DNA from: an uncultured virus (IMG/VR IMGVR_UViG_3300048861_000172)
Taxonomy: Duplodnaviria > Heunggongvirae > Uroviricota > Caudoviricetes
Direction: 5' to 3' (one strand)
Virus record (IMG/VR): IMGVR_UViG_3300048861_000172
Length of the DNA stretch: 20,000 nucleotides
Part shown: positions 16,625 to 20,000 of the stretch, piece after piece
Layout of the letters: every line of letters starts with the position of its first letter
Position numbering within the stretch: position 1 is the stretch's first letter
Notes under the pieces: generated by a model
Databases searched by the model: none
Told to the model about the DNA's origin: nothing
The model's input: the letters and a program-made list of their open reading frames with translations, nothing else
Position numbers and translations under genes: made by a program

Positions 16625-16690
16625 GATGATTCTCCTTATCGTCACTCATGGTATTGCCGAAGACGCTATTTTTTACCTAGACGAATTGAC

Positions 16691-16719
16691 AAAAAAAAGA
16701 GAGGGCCGAAGCCCTCTCC
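16691..16719 (-). terminator. Rho-independent terminator with cUUCGg tetraloop
   Basis: GAGAGGGC-TTCG-GCCCTCTC followed by TTTTTTTT on the minus strand. Confidence 0.92.
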
Positions 16720-16982
16720 AAAGTCAATGAGTACACTCTATCGTACAGAAAAGAGTGAGTGAGGTTCTCGACCACACGACCCCCGCGCGTATCACGCTCA
16801 AGGATGGACGCTCGCTGCGAAGTTCAAGCGTACTCATTATCGACATCCTCCACCGTACCCGACCCAGGTCCAGCGAAGTTCCCATCAAAAAACGCCATCC
16901 ACACGAGACGTTGCTTCATGGGCGATCCGGATATGCCGCTACCCTTCTCCTACCACATCATGGGAGAATGGAATAAAAATTG
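16720..16982 (-). ncRNA. Candidate structured RNA / long 3'UTR between gp49-like gene and terminator
   Basis: About 260 nt lacking a long minus-strand ORF in an otherwise dense genome; several complementary segments (see findings). Confidence 0.3.
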
Positions 16983-17399
16983 TTATCCCCCGGTAGTCGA
17001 AAAACTCAGGTCCATATTGCTAAAGCCATTGCGCAGCAGCGCATTGCGCACGTCAGCCTGCGCGCCCGATTGCTGGTCGTAGATCTTGACCGTAATCACG
17101 CCGTTAGCCACACTCGTCACCGAGCTGTCGTCGATCCAGGGAATCGCGACAAACTTGCGTGAGCCATCGGGCATCTTGAGCTTCAGATACGTGTAGGCAA
17201 GCGGATCGTCGGCGGCGCCCGAGGGACCCTTAAAGAGCGGATAGAGTTGCTTGTGCGTGCCCACCACGTCGAACTGCGTATTGGCCGTCTCGCCGTCCAT
17301 CACAGACATGACGGTGACGTTCTTGTAGTTGTTGCCAGTGAGGGCAGCGGTGTAGAGATCGAAGGAATACTGCAAGCCAACTTTGTAATCGGTGGACAT
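16983..17399 (-). CDS. Conserved jumbo-phage core protein (phiKZ gp49 position)
   Basis: 138 aa beta-rich ORF upstream of the polymerase; motifs YSFDLY...GNNYKNVTV, DDPLAYTYLK, IPWID. Confidence 0.7.
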   Translation of the reverse strand: MSTDYKVGLQYSFDLYTAALTGNNYKNVTVMSVMDGETANTQFDVVGTHKQLYPLFKGPSGAADDPLAYTYLKLKMPDGSRKFVAIPWIDDSSVTSVANGVITVKIYDQQSGAQADVRNALLRNGFSNMDLSFSTTGG

Positions 17400-17411
17400 A
17401 ACACGCTCGCG

Positions 17412-17840
17412 TTAATACGGGATATGGAAAAGGAGGCTGTCGTAGCCCACCAAGCCCTCGAAGATATACGGGAACTCGCCCGGGTACTTCTGGCTATTGA
17501 ACGCCCCCTGCTCGCGCAGGCGCGCATGCAACCCCCAGGCCAACTCGGTGGTCGCAGCTTTCAGGACATGGCGGGCTTCGATCGAGTCAAACAGCCGGTA
17601 ACTCAACATACGATGCTCGACGTCCTTCGGTAACTGATGAAACTTCTTGACCGCCTCAGCCTGATCCATCAGCATCACGTCGTAGATCTGGTTGAGAATC
17701 TCCCGGATGTCTTCATCCGGCAGCACCCGGGGTCGCAGGTGCTCGACAAAGATTTCAATCAGATCCTGGCTTTCGATGACAATTTTCTTCGGGAAGGATT
17801 CGGTCACCACGATCACCTCCCGTCCAGTGCGCTCACGCAT
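17412..17840 (-). CDS. Hypothetical protein, member of tandem paralog array
   Basis: GAGG RBS; C-terminal LREQGAF...GEFPYIF..L..YDSLLF motif shared with neighbours. Confidence 0.7.
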   Translation of the reverse strand: MRERTGREVIVVTESFPKKIVIESQDLIEIFVEHLRPRVLPDEDIREILNQIYDVMLMDQAEAVKKFHQLPKDVEHRMLSYRLFDSIEARHVLKAATTELAWGLHARLREQGAFNSQKYPGEFPYIFEGLVGYDSLLFHIPY

Positions 17841-17852
17841 GGCGCCTCACTC

Positions 17853-18239
17853 CTAATACAGTTCCAGGTCCTCCGCCGAGAGCTTGGCAAGGATCAGGTC
17901 TCCATCGATGGAGATGTTGGGTTCAAAGTAGTACGGCAGGTAACCATGGACGTAAGCACCTAGGCGCGCAAGCTCCTCATAGATCCAGCGCCCGAGATTC
18001 ACCGTGGACACCGCAATCGCAATCGAGAGTTCCCGCTCTTGCCCATAGCGCCCGGCCGAAATCTCAGCCCCGAGCTTATCCAAGTTCTCCAGCGCGTCGC
18101 GCTCGTAGTGCAGCGACTGCATGATGTCCGAGAGCACTTGTTCATGGGTGATGCAGTAGGTGTCGATCACCCAGCCCAGCTCACGCCGACGGTCCTCCGT
18201 GTCCAGAATAAGAAACTGGGGGATGGTGGTCGGGTTCAT
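17853..18239 (-). CDS. Hypothetical protein, member of tandem paralog array (start uncertain)
   Basis: FLILDTED N-terminal strand; LARLGAYVHGYLPYYF C-terminal motif. Confidence 0.65.
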   Translation of the reverse strand: MNPTTIPQFLILDTEDRRRELGWVIDTYCITHEQVLSDIMQSLHYERDALENLDKLGAEISAGRYGQERELSIAIAVSTVNLGRWIYEELARLGAYVHGYLPYYFEPNISIDGDLILAKLSAEDLELY

Positions 18240-18612
18240 TTTGAGAAAAGAGTAAACATCCATCGTCGAGTGCGGCTGTGAGTTTATACGGGAAAACACC
18301 GCGATCGTAGGCTCCGAGGTCCATGAGTTTTTCCTTGATGGCTAAACCCGCCTGGACAATGGCGACTCGTGCTTGTTCTTTTTCCCGGACAGTTAAGGAA
18401 TTGTGTTCGAATACCAAATCATTGTACGCGGCTTCATTGGCAAACTCATAAAGAAGGCTATGTCCCATGTGGTCGAGCTCGACCAGGGCATAAAACAGTT
18501 GACTGAGAAACGAGTCCCAATCAACTGTCGGATAGTTAAAATGCCCGATGCTCATGCGCAGCATGCGAATTTCGTCTTCGCAGTCCATCACAAAGTTGGC
18601 GGGGACGCTCAC
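18181..18612 (-). CDS. Hypothetical protein, member of tandem paralog array (start 18612 or 18633)
   Basis: FVMDCED N-terminal strand; LMDLGAYDRGVFPYKL C-terminal motif; GGAG upstream of GTG 18612. Confidence 0.65.
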   Translation of the reverse strand: MSVPANFVMDCEDEIRMLRMSIGHFNYPTVDWDSFLSQLFYALVELDHMGHSLLYEFANEAAYNDLVFEHNSLTVREKEQARVAIVQAGLAIKEKLMDLGAYDRGVFPYKLTAALDDGCLLFSQNEPDHHPPVSYSGHGGPSA

Positions 18613-18616
18613 TGAA

Positions 18617-19075
18617 TCAGTACTCCATGCCATAGTTAACATGTACGAGCAGGTCATCACCAAAGAGCCAGTCGTTCTGATCTTCTACCGGCACGATCTT
18701 GAAATGGTGGGTTTCAAGGATCTGCTCGAGAAGTCGCTCGACCATCTGTTCGATTTCAACCGTCACGGTGAGTAAGGCACGCCGGTCAGCACTGAGCTGA
18801 TCGCGTGAATACATCAGCGTGTTCTCGTGGTTATAGTCTAGCGCTCGATCCAGCGCGTGTTCCCACTCACGGATGACTTGGCCAGCCAAGGAATTCATCC
18901 AGAACACATCCAGATCGATGCCTTCGAGTTCTTGCTTCTTGCGACGGGTCACGCCCGCATTAAGCACCGCTAAGCGCACCACATCCCGCACGCCATTTTC
19001 AAAGAAACTAAACAGCGCGTCGTACTGGGTGCACTGGGTAATCACCTCAGCGGTATCGAGGATGGTTAATCCCAC
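18617..19075 (-). CDS. Hypothetical protein, possible divergent member of the array
   Basis: GTG 19075 with GAGGAG RBS; LTILDTAE N-terminus, GDDLLVH C-terminus. Confidence 0.65.
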   Translation of the reverse strand: MGLTILDTAEVITQCTQYDALFSFFENGVRDVVRLAVLNAGVTRRKKQELEGIDLDVFWMNSLAGQVIREWEHALDRALDYNHENTLMYSRDQLSADRRALLTVTVEIEQMVERLLEQILETHHFKIVPVEDQNDWLFGDDLLVHVNYGMEY

Positions 19076-19082
19076 GATTGGT

Positions 19083-19544
19083 TCACTCCTCAAATTCTTG
19101 CTGCCAGGGATGCACAGGGGTCGGGGTCAGATAACACGTCGAACTCACCATCACATCAGTGGTGTTGATAAATTCATAGCGGTTGGTCTGCGACTCGTTA
19201 AACGCCAAGTTCGGTAGATGCGTGGCAATCTCATCGATCACCATGCTGTACACGTCATTGACGATCCAGGCGGTGTTCTCGCTCGACACCCCCACGTTAA
19301 GCAACTCGTCCTCGCACGCTTCTAGGAGCGGGTCGGGACGCAGGGACGGCATCAGCTCATGCTTATCGAAGTGGAACACCGCTTCCATGATCTTTTCCAT
19401 GAAAGGTTGGGTGTCCCAGCACTCCGCATCTTCGATCGCCGCATCGCTCTCCGGGTGCCGCACCCGGTTGCTAACTTGCCTCACCAAGTACCTGGCTCGC
19501 TCAGTGGGGTCGAACAGCGAGATGAGTACATTGGTCGTTTTCAT
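19083..19544 (-). CDS. Hypothetical protein
   Basis: ATGA overlap with the upstream stop, GAGGA RBS; acidic helical protein. Confidence 0.65.
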   Translation of the reverse strand: MKTTNVLISLFDPTERARYLVRQVSNRVRHPESDAAIEDAECWDTQPFMEKIMEAVFHFDKHELMPSLRPDPLLEACEDELLNVGVSSENTAWIVNDVYSMVIDEIATHLPNLAFNESQTNRYEFINTTDVMVSSTCYLTPTPVHPWQQEFEE

Positions 19545-20000
19545 CTGGGGTCCTCGTCCTGACCGGTTTGCTCGATCGCCTGCTTGGTCCACAAATACGC
19601 GCGGATGTCGCCTTGCTGGCGCACCACCACATCAAAGTAGCTTTGCTCGACATCAAACATCAGCCAGCGGTTGGCCGCGATCTTTTGCTCGAGCAAATGA
19701 AGCAAAGGGTCGAGTAACTGCCGCACCTGCCCCAAGCGCTCGATGCAAGCGTTGACCGCTTCGTCATCCGGGTCATCCAGATTCACAAACACCCCGCCGG
19801 TGAAGTACTTGGCCAGCACCGCGCGCTCCCAGTCTTCGCTCTTGAAGTAAGGGTTACGGTTCTTGAGCCACGCACTCAGGTAGTGCCAGATGAAATCCAG
19901 CGCATGCTTCGGATACCATGGCTGATTGCTCAGGTGCGGGAAGTTGCTCTGCTTGCAGACGATCCGCCCTTTGTGGTCAATCAGATCACCATCACGCAAA
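19541..20000 (-). CDS. Hypothetical protein (3' part; start probably outside the window)
   Basis: Open frame to the window edge; translationally coupled to the next gene. Confidence 0.6.
   Translation of the reverse strand, partial: LRDGDLIDHKGRIVCKQSNFPHLSNQPWYPKHALDFIWHYLSAWLKNRNPYFKSEDWERAVLAKYFTGGVFVNLDDPDDEAVNACIERLGQVRQLLDPLLHLLEQKIAANRWLMFDVEQSYFDVVVRQQGDIRAYLWTKQAIEQTGQDEDPR

Noticed and set aside
16755..17082. Plus-strand ORFs in the gp49-polymerase spacer
   Set aside because: No RBS, opposite to local transcription, and one overlaps the gp49-like gene.
1..20000. tRNA, rRNA, CRISPR array, intein or IS element
   Set aside because: No cloverleaf, regularly spaced repeats, intein splice motifs or transposase-like ORF seen by eye.

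Overview
Segment of a nucleus-forming (phiKZ-like, Chimalliviridae) jumbo bacteriophage genome, almost entirely coded on the minus strand. In transcription order it carries: a run of apparently paralogous ~130-155 aa hypothetical genes; a gp49-like gene; a ~260 nt structured spacer ending in a cUUCGg terminator; the divergent family-B DNA polymerase subunit (phiKZ gp50-like); three tiny membrane-peptide ORFs; a plus-strand gp52-like gene; small accessory genes; the phage nuclear shell protein chimallin (ChmA); the non-virion RNA polymerase beta' subunit with NADFDGD (gp55-like); several conserved core genes; an SbcD/Mre11 nuclease; a ChmC-like protein with a Gly-rich DDIPF tail; an HNH homing endonuclease; and the 5' part of the nvRNAP gp68-like subunit, which the ORF track missed. 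The most unusual items are: (i) the intact HNH frame has no canonical start codon and abuts the ChmC stop in the -1 frame at CCT TTT TAA TC, followed by a perfect hairpin (possible recoding or ATC start); (ii) a candidate pseudoknotted ncRNA upstream of the DNA polymerase; (iii) two recurring phage promoter-like motifs; (iv) a tandem paralog array. phiKZ gp-number assignments rest on remembered motifs and synteny, not on database searches.
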